Source: an uncultured virus (IMG/VR IMGVR_UViG_3300033417_000007)
Lineage: Duplodnaviria > Heunggongvirae > Uroviricota > Caudoviricetes
IMG/VR virus record: IMGVR_UViG_3300033417_000007
DNA length: 64,000 bases
Strand: one strand, 5' to 3'
The translations under genes and the position numbers were made by a program. The notes beneath the pieces are model-generated. The model searched no databases. It saw only the letters and a program-made list of their open reading frames with translations, and was not told the DNA's origin. The number at the start of each line of letters is the position of its first letter. Position 1 is the stretch's first letter. This document shows positions 1 through 8,876 of the stretch, one piece after another.

Positions 1-695
1 GCCCACTCGTCGATCCAGTCGACCGCGAGCTTCGCCGCATGGTTGTCCTTGGGTTTCTGGCCGGGCTGGATCATCGCGAACCACTGCTCGGCGGGCCTGC
101 TCGAGTCGGGCGTGATCCCCTTGATCTCCTTGTAGTCGCACTTCCGGACGTTCGCGATCGTGCCTACGAGGCACGCGCACTCACCCTCGTAGGTCGAGCC
201 GTTGATTTTCCCGTCAACGAGCGCCTGCCGAAGGCCCGCGGCCTCCTGCGGTGCGTGCGAGAGGATCTCCCAGAGGTCGGCTCGGTAGCCCCTGAGGACG
301 GCGCCCCTGAGGACGGCGTCCCTGAGGACGGCGCCCCTGAGGTCGGCGTCCCGGAGGTCGGCGTCCCTGAGGTCGGCGTCCGTGAGGTTGGCGCCCGTGA
401 GGACGGCGCGCGTGAGGTCGGCGTCCGTGAGGTTGGCGTCCGTGAGGTTGGCGCGCGTGAGGTTGGCGTCCCTGAGGACGGCGCCCGTGAGGTCGGCGCG
501 CGTGAGGTCGGCGCGCGTGAGGTCGGCGCCCCTGAGGTCGGCGCCCGTGAGGTCGGCGCGCGTGAGGTCGGCGTCCGTGAGGTCGGCGCGCGCCTTCACC
601 GCCGCGACGACCGCCAATTTAAGCGAGCCGAACTCGCCCGTGAAGAGCGCACCGCCATTGATCCAGGATTTGATCTCGATCTTCATAATTCTCAT
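1..695 (-). CDS. Pentapeptide-repeat protein, runs off the left edge of the window (not in the ORF track)
   Basis: Minus-strand translation [18 protein letters not shown]...[22 protein letters not shown]..., then a C-terminal domain ([20 protein letters not shown]). Start overlaps the upstream stop (ATGA). Confidence 0.85.
   Translation of the reverse strand, partial: MRIMKIEIKSWINGGALFTGEFGSLKLAVVAAVKARADLTDADLTRADLTGADLRGADLTRADLTRADLTGAVLRDANLTRANLTDANLTDADLTRAVLTGANLTDADLRDADLRDADLRGAVLRDAVLRGAVLRGYRADLWEILSHAPQEAAGLRQALVDGKINGSTYEGECACLVGTIANVRKCDYKEIKGITPDSSRPAEQWFAMIQPGQKPKDNHAAKLAVDWIDEW
288..592 (-). repeat. 15-bp coding tandem repeat encoding A(D/N/V)L(T/R)x pentapeptides
   Basis: About 20 imperfect copies of the type GCGCGTGAGGTCGGC on the + strand. 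Confidence 0.9.
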
Positions 696-1129
696 GAAAG
701 ATGCTCCCTCAGAAACCTCTTCAGGTCGTCGTGGTCCATCCCGTCGAACTGCTCGACAACCGTCTCTGGAAGAGCCGCCTTCACGTCCGAAACGATGTCT
801 TTTGCCCAGCCACCTACCGCCGAGTAGACTCCGACGACGGCCCCGGGGTGCTCGCGGATCGCCCTCTCGGCCAGACGGACGAAGTTCTCGATCCCGACGC
901 CGCTCCCGGGCGTGATGCCGCCAGTCATCCCAGCAACGTCCAGCAGAATCACGTCCGGAGAGCCGGTCGCTTTCGACATCGCCATGGCATCCGGGAACGC
1001 CTCGAATTGCGCCTTCGGAAACCACAGCTTCACCAACTCGGCGAACTGGCGACGGAACTGGGCGTAGTCCTCCACGCACCAGATCAGGGAGGGCCTCTTC
1101 GCAGTTCTCATTTTAGCGAACCGTCTCAA
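692..1129 (-). CDS. Stand-alone response-regulator receiver-like protein
   Basis: IWCVEDY acidic pocket, PDVILLD phospho-acceptor strand, VGVYSA strand; the conserved Lys is not evident. Confidence 0.6.
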   Translation of the reverse strand: MRRFAKMRTAKRPSLIWCVEDYAQFRRQFAELVKLWFPKAQFEAFPDAMAMSKATGSPDVILLDVAGMTGGITPGSGVGIENFVRLAERAIREHPGAVVGVYSAVGGWAKDIVSDVKAALPETVVEQFDGMDHDDLKRFLREHLS

Positions 1130-1544
1130 CGACCGGCGTAACCCCAGCGATCACGTCCACAGACTTCAGCAGCTTTCGGAAGTCCGTGTGCCATTCGATC
1201 AGGCGGCGCATCAGTCCGAAGTCCTCGCCTTTCGCGTAGAGCCCGAGGAGGTGCGCCCCGCTCGCCCAGGCAATCCCGACCTCCGCTGCCGCGTCCTTCC
1301 CGGAAGGGCCGAGGTAGATGACGACGCTCGACTTGCTGGCCCAGTTCGTGTCGTACTCGAAGCTCCGGTCACCATCCGGCGAAAAGCACCAATCGTCAAA
1401 GGGCATCCCCTTGGAGGCTTCGCCGTGATTGTTCTCCACGAATGACTTGACCTCATGCCCCCGCTGCCGCAGAAGGTCCGTCAGCATCTCGACGGCGTGC
1501 TGATGCTTCCACGATGCCGCGATGTAGATGGTCAGCTTTCTCAC
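1113..1544 (-). CDS. Nucleoside 2'-deoxyribosyltransferase-like protein
   Basis: IYIAASW N-terminal strand and SGKDAAAEVGIAW motif; 143 aa. Confidence 0.65.
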   Translation of the reverse strand: MRKLTIYIAASWKHQHAVEMLTDLLRQRGHEVKSFVENNHGEASKGMPFDDWCFSPDGDRSFEYDTNWASKSSVVIYLGPSGKDAAAEVGIAWASGAHLLGLYAKGEDFGLMRRLIEWHTDFRKLLKSVDVIAGVTPVVETVR

Positions 1545-1644
1545 AACACCGCCTCCAGTCCATGGATCTTTTCCTTGCTCATCCCGACCTCCAACCGCTT
1601 ATTTGCAGCTCCAGGCGAGTACAAGGAGCTGCGATAAGGGATTG

Positions 1645-2145
1645 TTAAATCTTCTGGGCCCACCTTCTGCGGCGACCTCTTGCGCATGCCCTGCAAACCC
1701 TGTGCCGACTCGGCCTTGATCGTGGCGTCCAACTCGTTGTGTACGTGTTCTCGAGCGTGAACTCATGACCGTTCCGGCAGTGGGTTCGCTCTCTACGTTC
1801 CTGGTTGGCGACACCCCACCCCGAGCGGTTGCGCCCCTTCGCCTTGCAGTCGCCCATGTTGTCCTTCTGGGTCCCAAGGAAAAGATGCTCTGGACGGACG
1901 CACTGGGGGTTGTCGCAGCGATGGCAGACCATGAGGCCATCGGCAATCTTTCCGTAGTGAAGCTCCCATGAGTACCGATGGGCGCGGACTTGGCCGACTC
2001 GGGGCACATAGTGAATCCCGTAGCCGCCGCTCCGTACGATCCGCTGTCCGGTCCAGAGCCAGCACGGCCCCGACTTGCTGACCTTACCCCAGAAAGACGC
2101 AACCGGATCAACTGAAGGCCCTCTGACGTACACGCCCTTCGGCAT
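1645..2145 (-). CDS. HNH homing endonuclease
   Basis: CWLWTG, RAHRYSW, VCHRCDNPQCVRPEHLFLGTQKDN and THCRNGH motifs; start placed at MPKGVY. Confidence 0.9.
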   Translation of the reverse strand: MPKGVYVRGPSVDPVASFWGKVSKSGPCWLWTGQRIVRSGGYGIHYVPRVGQVRAHRYSWELHYGKIADGLMVCHRCDNPQCVRPEHLFLGTQKDNMGDCKAKGRNRSGWGVANQERRERTHCRNGHEFTLENTYTTSWTPRSRPSRHRVCRACARGRRRRWAQKI

Positions 2146-2198
2146 CTCAACATCCCCTTGCGCTGAATTGTTAGTCCGCTCCCCATCGAATGCTTCTT

Positions 2199-2420
2199 TC
2201 ACGACTTCGTGGGCGCGGCCTTCACGAAGGCGCCAGCAAGCCAGATCAGGCAGAACGCCTCCCAGAAGCCGATTTCCTTTAGGCCAAACAGCCCGGGCAT
2301 GGACGCATTCCAACACCACTTCACAGGGAAGGCACTGACGATGGACGCGAAGCACAGCATCACAATCACCAGCGCCGTAGCCGCTACCACCTTAGCGAAT
2401 ACCTCGTATAACCTTTCCAT
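2199..2420 (-). CDS. Small membrane protein
   Basis: Two hydrophobic segments; GAGGAGG SD upstream. Confidence 0.7.
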   Translation of the reverse strand: MERLYEVFAKVVAATALVIVMLCFASIVSAFPVKWCWNASMPGLFGLKEIGFWEAFCLIWLAGAFVKAAPTKS

Positions 2421-2464
2421 TTCGAACCTCCTCTAAAGACCAAATCGGACTGGCACTCCGGTGC

Positions 2465-2638
2465 TCATGCGTTCACCGCCTTCCGCCGCTGAAGCGCGGG
2501 GCAGTCGCAGATGGCGCACTCGGCGTGAACCTCGGCCCCGTCCTCCAGGTAGGTGTGGAAGTCCTCGTGATGAAAGCAGCGGGCGCAGAGCTTTGGGGCG
2601 CTCTCCTCGGGCCGGACTGCGGGTCCAGGGGCCGTCAT
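2465..2638 (-). CDS. Small Cys/His zinc-binding protein (57 aa, below the ORF-track cutoff)
   Basis: Hand translation MTAPGP...CARCFHHEDFH...ECAICDCPALQRRKAVNA*. Confidence 0.6.
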   Translation of the reverse strand: MTAPGPAVRPEESAPKLCARCFHHEDFHTYLEDGAEVHAECAICDCPALQRRKAVNA

Positions 2639-2874
2639 GCGTACTTCCTCATCCCTCCACGAGGGTGTTGAGGGCGGTACGGATCCGGCCGCGGGCGCAG
2701 CTCGGGAAGCAGGAGCACCGCGCGCCGTCCATCAGGTCCACGATGCGGTCGACGGTGCGGGTCATGTACCACCGCCGCATCTTCGCTCGGACGCGGGCCT
2801 CGGCTCGGGCTGCTTGCCCGTGGGGGCCTTGGGCCTTCGCCCGCGCGGCGGGCCTTCGGACCGGCACTCCGGTG

Positions 2875-3264
2875 TTAAGCACGGTCCACCTCCGCGATCT
2901 TCTGGAGCAGAACGATGGCCCGGTACTTGCCGCGCTGGACCTGCACATCCGAATTCAGCCCGTGGAGGTATGCCGAGTACCCCTCGATCCGCAGCTCGCA
3001 GAACCGGGAGGGCTGGGCCTGCGCCGTCACCTCGCCGATCAGGATGTGCTGGAACTTGTCGAGCTGCGTGGTGATCGCGTCGGCCGCGAGAGCCTTCAAG
3101 CCCTCCATGTTCCGCTTCGCTTCGAGAACCTTCAGCGCGGCGTTTTCAGCCGCGCAGACGCACCGCTTCCGCGATGCTTCGAGCTCCTCCAGGCCGTCGG
3201 TGATGATGGCCTCGAGCGACGCGCGGATTCCGTCTCCGGTGGTCATTGACTGCTCCTCGGCCAC
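2875..3264 (-). CDS. Hypothetical coiled-coil protein
   Basis: Protein-like composition, co-directional with neighbours. Confidence 0.65.
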   Translation of the reverse strand: MAEEQSMTTGDGIRASLEAIITDGLEELEASRKRCVCAAENAALKVLEAKRNMEGLKALAADAITTQLDKFQHILIGEVTAQAQPSRFCELRIEGYSAYLHGLNSDVQVQRGKYRAIVLLQKIAEVDRA

Positions 3265-3684
3265 GGCCCCTCAATGGGCGTCGGCCAGGGCGCCGGCCAG
3301 TGGGAGCGGGTCGAGTCATTGGCCTCCCACGTCTCGGCCGCCTCTATCTCGATCAGCGCCTTACGTAACGCCACCACGGATTCCGGGAGGCTGTAGCCGT
3401 CGCTGATCCTGTTGGCGGCCTCGCGGATATACCGTAAGGCCTCGGCCCGATGGCGACTCATAGCGATCCTCCAAACACGCCCTGCGCGAAAGAGGCGATC
3501 CCAAGCGATGCCTCAAGAAGCGGCCACATCGAAAGGAGCACGATCCACATCCTGCGCATCTATTTCCTCCCTCTGACATCCCAGTACGGACTCTTGCACC
3601 TGCCGCAGCGACGCGGACGCTCCGTCTTCCGCGGGTGCCACCTATGCCCGCACCGCAGGCACCGGAACGTCGGAATCCGGATCT

Positions 3685-5403
3685 TCAAGGAACGATCTCC
3701 TCAAGAAGCGAATCGAGGATGCCGGCCTGGGCCTGCTCGTCGTCTCCCATGGCCGCGGTGAAGACTTCGCGCTTCGCGTCGATCATTCGGACGATCTTCT
3801 CCTCGATCGTCCCGACGCCGACCAGATAGTAGGCGATCGACCCCTTGGTCTGGGTCATCCGATGCACGCGCGCGATGGCCTGCTCGTGCGTCGCGGGGTT
3901 CCAATCGAACTCGACGAACACGACCGTGCTTGAGGCCGTAAGCGTGAGCCCCTCGGAAGCCGCGCGGATCCCGCAGACCAGTACCTGCAGGTCGCCGTCC
4001 TGGAACCGGTCCTTCGCGGCGATCCGGCGCTCCTGAGAGACTCCTCCGTGGATCTTGTCGGCCAGGATGCCGGCCGATACGAGGTCGGCCGTCAAGCGGT
4101 CCACCGTCTCGATGTGGGAGGCGAAGACGACCACCTTCCCGCGCGAGATCACGGTCTCGAGGACGAACTCAAGGGCTTCGGGGTACTTCGCCCGCATCGC
4201 AGCCTGCTTGGCCTTCTCGATCTCCCCGAAAGCAATTCCGGTGAGAAACGCCGCCTTGACGGCTTCGGCCGCGTGGGTCGACAGGTAGTGCCGGCGCTCG
4301 GAGGCCGACATCCCCGAGAGCGTCTCCTTCCACTCCGAACGCTTTCGCTTGAGTTCGGACAGCCTCTCGAGGACAGGCTTGGCTTCGCGCTCGTACTCCT
4401 TGTACCTGTCCATGAGGACGATCGGGACCATCACCGTCTCGAGGGGTGGAAGCTCGGAGAGCACTTCGCTCCTACGGCGCCGCAGCATGATGCTGCCGCA
4501 CAGGCGCTCGTAGAGTTCGTCGAGGTTCGAAGACCCGGTAAACTGCCAGCCGAACCCGTTGTGCTTGGCTCCGCAGTACCGGCGCGCGTAGGCCATGAAG
4601 TCCGGGAAGACCCTCGGGTTGATGACGCGGACCGGGTTATAGGCTTCGATCGGCCGGTTCTTGATGAGCGTCCCGGTGAGGCCGATGACATGCTTCGCGA
4701 GACTCGACAACTCGAGCGCCGCCATGCCGCGCTTCGACTTCGCATCCATCAGGTAGTGGATCTCATCGAAGACGACCGTCTTCCAGCGGCCCGCTTCGAA
4801 AAACCGCTCGATCGGAATCTTGTTCGCCGACACCTTCAGGTACTTCTTCCAGTTCGCCCGCTTGCCTTGCGCCTCGATCTCCCGGATGGCGGACAGGATG
4901 CACTCGTTCTCGGGCGCGCGCTTGAGCGCGGCTTCGAGCCACCGCATGGCGTAGCGGCCCGCCTCGACGACGTAGCGGTAGTTCGAGGTGTCATCGCAGA
5001 GCAGCTCCTTCACCCAAGAGGCGACCGTCTGGGCGTCGAAGAGGTCGTAGTTCATGATCGTGATGCCGTCGAAGCCGACCCTGGGCTCGACGAACGTGTG
5101 GATGCCGCCGCGCCGGAACGACGCGACGGACGACTTCGACGACAGGATCCGGTGGTGGAGATGGGTAAAGCGGGAGATCTCCCTCGCCCACTGCACGCGC
5201 AACCCCGACGGACACACGACGAGCGCCGGAAGGGCCTCGGGATGACGCGAGAGATATCCGAGAGCCTGGACAGTTTTGCCAATGCCCATGTCGTCCGCGA
5301 TCAGGGCACGACCCCCGAGACGCTCGATGAAACGGACCCCCTCCTCCTGGTAAGGCCGCAGCGGCATCTTCATGTCCGGCGTAGTGTACACCGTGATGCT
5401 CAC
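3685..5403 (-). CDS. SNF2-family SF2 helicase/ATPase
   Basis: LRPYQ Q-motif, ADDMGIGKT, DEIH, LTGT, SEGLTLT, WNP, QAIARVHR. Confidence 0.95.
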   Translation of the reverse strand: MSITVYTTPDMKMPLRPYQEEGVRFIERLGGRALIADDMGIGKTVQALGYLSRHPEALPALVVCPSGLRVQWAREISRFTHLHHRILSSKSSVASFRRGGIHTFVEPRVGFDGITIMNYDLFDAQTVASWVKELLCDDTSNYRYVVEAGRYAMRWLEAALKRAPENECILSAIREIEAQGKRANWKKYLKVSANKIPIERFFEAGRWKTVVFDEIHYLMDAKSKRGMAALELSSLAKHVIGLTGTLIKNRPIEAYNPVRVINPRVFPDFMAYARRYCGAKHNGFGWQFTGSSNLDELYERLCGSIMLRRRRSEVLSELPPLETVMVPIVLMDRYKEYEREAKPVLERLSELKRKRSEWKETLSGMSASERRHYLSTHAAEAVKAAFLTGIAFGEIEKAKQAAMRAKYPEALEFVLETVISRGKVVVFASHIETVDRLTADLVSAGILADKIHGGVSQERRIAAKDRFQDGDLQVLVCGIRAASEGLTLTASSTVVFVEFDWNPATHEQAIARVHRMTQTKGSIAYYLVGVGTIEEKIVRMIDAKREVFTAAMGDDEQAQAGILDSLLEEIVP

Positions 5404-5406
5404 TTG

Positions 5407-5646
5407 TCAAAAGAAATCTTCATCCGGAATGCTCGAGCACACGAGATCATCCGTCGTGACGACCTTCTCGAGCCGCAGGTGCGCGAGCTTCGCCTTCACC
5501 GGGAAGATCGGGCTCTCGAGGTTGCCGTTCTTCGGGTGGTTCGTCCGCAGCTTCCCCTCCGCCAGGAGATCCTCGAGGATCCACCTGCAAAGCGGGCACG
5601 ACGGCGCCCTCTTTCGAAGGAACCCGATCAGGGGCTGGACCGACAT
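5407..5646 (-). CDS. Hypothetical protein with CxxC
   Basis: GGAGG SD, CPLC; fills the gap before the helicase but overlaps the tail of the NYN ORF. Confidence 0.55.
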   Translation of the reverse strand: MSVQPLIGFLRKRAPSCPLCRWILEDLLAEGKLRTNHPKNGNLESPIFPVKAKLAHLRLEKVVTTDDLVCSSIPDEDFF

Positions 5647-6148
5647 GGCTCGCCTCCGTCCGGAAAACGCCTATCTTGTCGAGCTCGATCACTCTAGCGA
5701 GCTGACGGACTTCCGATCCGATTGCGTCGCTCAGGGCTAGGCAGACCGGCCTCACCCCGTCCGGGAGTCTGCGGTAAAGCGCGCAGTAGTCCTCGTCTCC
5801 GGACCCGACGACGATGACGTCCGCCTTCCCGGAGATCGCGTACATGTAGGCTTCGAGCGCGATCGCTACGTCCACTTCCTTGTCGACGTAGCGACCGCCC
5901 GAGGCGTCGTACTTCGCGGGCATGAGGAACACCTGCCACCGCCGGCGCTTGAGGACTTCGGCGAACGGCATCCTGGCTTCCAAGTGCTGCTGGGTCCGGT
6001 AGGTGGCATAGTACGCCTGGTAGACGACCTTGACGGACGCGGCCCACTCGATCTTCCTGATCAGAAGATCAAAGTTGATCCGGCGCCCAAGGAGCCCCTT
6101 GGACCAGTTCGCCCCGTCGATGAAGAGCGCCGCTCGCTGCATCGCCAT
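5447..6148 (-). CDS. NYN/LabA (PIN-fold) ribonuclease-like protein
   Basis: LFIDGAN, KEVDVAIA and GSGDEDY acidic motifs; start placed just after the ssb stop. Confidence 0.85.
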   Translation of the reverse strand: MAMQRAALFIDGANWSKGLLGRRINFDLLIRKIEWAASVKVVYQAYYATYRTQQHLEARMPFAEVLKRRRWQVFLMPAKYDASGGRYVDKEVDVAIALEAYMYAISGKADVIVVGSGDEDYCALYRRLPDGVRPVCLALSDAIGSEVRQLARVIELDKIGVFRTEASHVGPAPDRVPSKEGAVVPALQVDPRGSPGGGEAADEPPEERQPREPDLPGEGEARAPAAREGRHDG

Positions 6149-6150
6149 CC

Positions 6151-6564
6151 TCAGAACGCGACGTCCTCTTCGGCGCCGGACGCCGCCGCCTGCTCCTGGC
6201 GCCCCGGAGCGCCGCCGGCGCCCTGGTCTTTGGACCCCAGGAACTGGAAGCTCTCGACGATGACCTTCAGCTTGGACCGCTTCTGGCCGGTCGTCGCGTC
6301 CTCCCACCGCTCCTGCTTGAGGTTGCCCTCGACCAGGATCGGACGACCTTTCCGCATGTGCTCGGAGATCACCTCCGCGGTCCTCGCCCAGGCGACGCAG
6401 TCGATGAAGGAGACCTCCTCCACCTTCTGGTTGGTCTGCTTGTTGGTGTAGGTCCGATTGACCGCGATCGACAGGTCGCAGACCGCCGTCCCCTGCGGGG
6501 TGTGCCGCAGCTCCGGATCCCGGGTCAGGTTCCCCGCCAGGATGACCTTGTTGAAGTTCGCCAT
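6151..6564 (-). CDS. ssb: Single-stranded DNA-binding protein
   Basis: NKVILAGNLTRDPELR...KGRPILVEGNLKQERW and an acidic tail EEDVAF. Confidence 0.97.
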   Translation of the reverse strand: MANFNKVILAGNLTRDPELRHTPQGTAVCDLSIAVNRTYTNKQTNQKVEEVSFIDCVAWARTAEVISEHMRKGRPILVEGNLKQERWEDATTGQKRSKLKVIVESFQFLGSKDQGAGGAPGRQEQAAASGAEEDVAF

Positions 6565-6708
6565 CTCATTCTCCTTTCGAAAACACGCCGGCCATCGCCG
6601 CGGCGAACGCCGCGATCAGAAGGCCGATCGATCCCATGATCCATACGAACGCCCACCTCACCCGACTCGGATTCTTGCAGAATCCGCAGTCGCAACGAAC
6701 CGGAGGTC

Positions 6709-7038
6709 TCACAGGCACCTCCCACGCCTCTGCCGGCTGGCCCGGCCGCGCTCGATCATCTCCCGCACGTTTTGCTTCTGCGTCCCCTGGGTGACGTGCA
6801 GCGGGTTGACGCAGCGTCGCTCGTCGCACGAGTGGAGGAGCTTCATGCCGGCGGAAATCGGCCCGATCATGGCCTCGTAGATCCACCGATGCCCGCGGAC
6901 GACCCGACCGCCGACCCAGAAGGCGGCGTAGCCTCCGTCCCAAGGCTCGCGGGTCCAAGTGCTGACCGCCCCGCGCCACCTCCAGCAGCCGGACTTGGTC
7001 CGCCTGGTCTTCCGGATGAACCGTCGGATATCGGACAT
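6709..7038 (-). CDS. HNH homing endonuclease
   Basis: GCWRWRG, GHRWIYE, LHSCDERRCVNPLHVTQGTQKQN. Confidence 0.9.
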   Translation of the reverse strand: MSDIRRFIRKTRRTKSGCWRWRGAVSTWTREPWDGGYAAFWVGGRVVRGHRWIYEAMIGPISAGMKLLHSCDERRCVNPLHVTQGTQKQNVREMIERGRASRQRRGRCL

Positions 7039-8675
7039 CAGACCCTCGGATAGCTGTAGGGGGTATCGGTCCAGTCGAGGAGCCGGCTCGAACAGATCTC
7101 GAGGGACCCCTTGGTCCGGGAGCTTGCCACGTAGGCCAGTCGATGCTCCGTATCAGGATCGTTCCAGCACTTCTGGCCCATCTCGTCGAACACGACGACG
7201 TGAGGAGCCTCCCGACCCTTGGCCCCATGAAGCGTCGTGATGATGGGGGGCGCTGCTGGGTCGAGGCTGTAGCCGTTCTTGAGGACCCGCGCGTAGTAGG
7301 CTAGGTCGTCGGCGTGCTTGAGGGTCGAGACCTTGCGCGCACGGATGAGTTCGGCGCCCTCGGGAGTCAGGATCTTCGCGGCGACAAGGTTCTCGACGGT
7401 CGCCTCGCCCTGGTAGCCGTTCTCCGACAGCCTCTTCTTCGCCCCGTGGACGATGTACCGCCTCTTCGGGGCACCCCCCTCCATGGACGCGTCCATGCTC
7501 GGGATGAGCTCCTCCACCATCCGGATGATCGAAGCCCAGGAGGCCGCCTCCCCGGAGGCTAGTCGGTCGAAGGCCCGGAAGGCCTCGAGCCTCGCCCCGT
7601 ATCCTAGGGGGTCGCGGCCCCGCTCGTTCCGGAACGGGATCCCCGCGTCGATGTAGGACTTCCCAACCTCCCTGCAGCCGGCCACATGCCGGTGCAGGAT
7701 GAGAGCTTCTCCAGGGTAGGGCTTGAACTCGCCGCTTGAGCGGATCTCGTGGGCGCGGCCCGGGAGGCCCGTCACCGGCACGGCGATCCTCTCCTTCACG
7801 CGCCGGATCACTTCCTGCGAGAAGTCGACCACGTTCTGGCCGAACCGGTTGGTTTTGGTCAGGTGGACCTTGTAGCGGGACTCCCGGTACTTGTTGATGA
7901 AGAGGCCCGCGTCGGCGCCGGAGAACCCGTAGATCGCCTGGTCGGCGTCCCCGGCGTAGACGATCAGGTTGGCCGGACTGAAGACCCTCTCCACCACCAG
8001 ATGCATGATAGGGGACAGGTCCTGGCATTCATCTACTACCACGCACCTGACCCTCTCGAGCGGCCTCATCTTCAGGAGCGCGTAGTAGAGCATGTCGGCG
8101 AAGTCGACCCGACCCTCCCGCGCCTTGAAGGCCTCGTATCGGGCCACAAACGCCCTGTAGACGTCGCCATCGACCGGGACCATGATATTTGCCAACCGGC
8201 TCGTCTTCTGCCTTGCTAGGGGCGCCTGGTCGATCCTACGAATGGATAGCCTCGAGATGTCGTAGGCGGTCCGGCAACGGTCCCACTGGGTCCGACCTCC
8301 CCCAGCCAGGTTAGCGTAGACGTCGGCCAGATCCTCCCACTGGTAGACCGAGTAGGCCCCCTCGAACCCGGTCTCGACCTCGAAGGCCTTCCAGTCCCCC
8401 GTCTTCATAACCTGGACGTCGGAACCCATCTCCTGCCGGATCCCACGGTACGCCAGCGAATGGATCGTCCGGAAGTAGGGGGTAGGCGACCCCTCGTGGA
8501 CCAAGCCTTCCCGCATCAGCCGGTCGACCGCCTCGGCTGCTGCAGCCCTCGTGAAGGCGAGGTACGCGATGTCCTCGATCGGGATCCCCATCCCCAACCA
8601 CTCCCTTACCACAGACAGACAGGCGGTCGTCTTCCCGGTTCCCGGAGGCCCCACGATCGTACAGAAGTCCCTCAC
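7038..8675 (-). CDS. UvrD/Rep-like SF1 DNA helicase
   Basis: GPPGTGKTT, AFTRAAA, TIHS, VDECQD, GDADQAIY, TLHGAKGRE, YVASSR; GTG start after GGAGG. Confidence 0.93.
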   Translation of the reverse strand: MRDFCTIVGPPGTGKTTACLSVVREWLGMGIPIEDIAYLAFTRAAAAEAVDRLMREGLVHEGSPTPYFRTIHSLAYRGIRQEMGSDVQVMKTGDWKAFEVETGFEGAYSVYQWEDLADVYANLAGGGRTQWDRCRTAYDISRLSIRRIDQAPLARQKTSRLANIMVPVDGDVYRAFVARYEAFKAREGRVDFADMLYYALLKMRPLERVRCVVVDECQDLSPIMHLVVERVFSPANLIVYAGDADQAIYGFSGADAGLFINKYRESRYKVHLTKTNRFGQNVVDFSQEVIRRVKERIAVPVTGLPGRAHEIRSSGEFKPYPGEALILHRHVAGCREVGKSYIDAGIPFRNERGRDPLGYGARLEAFRAFDRLASGEAASWASIIRMVEELIPSMDASMEGGAPKRRYIVHGAKKRLSENGYQGEATVENLVAAKILTPEGAELIRARKVSTLKHADDLAYYARVLKNGYSLDPAAPPIITTLHGAKGREAPHVVVFDEMGQKCWNDPDTEHRLAYVASSRTKGSLEICSSRLLDWTDTPYSYPRV

Positions 8676-8688
8676 AGGAGGCCTCCGG

Positions 8689-8876
8689 GAAAAAACCCCT
8701 TTATATAGCAAAGCCACCACCCTGTTTGTACCGGTACGTACCACCCATGTGTAACGCGCTCGGGATGGGAGGGTACCACCATGTACCACCATACCACCCT
8801 ATTCCGAAGTAGTTGATTTTGAAAATTGAAAATGAAAACCGTGCTGGTGAGATTGCTATATATAGGGGTTTTTTTC
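8689..8876. other. Putative replication origin
   Basis: AT-rich gap with a ~23-bp inverted repeat at its ends, four (G/A)TACCACC copies and three TGAAAA copies, lying between primase and helicase genes. Confidence 0.6.

Noticed and set aside
288..592. CRISPR array
   Set aside because: Contiguous 15-bp coding repeats with no unique spacers.
39..915. Plus-strand repetitive ORFs (EVGAR / RSARV repeats)
   Set aside because: They are antisense shadows of the minus-strand pentapeptide-repeat gene.
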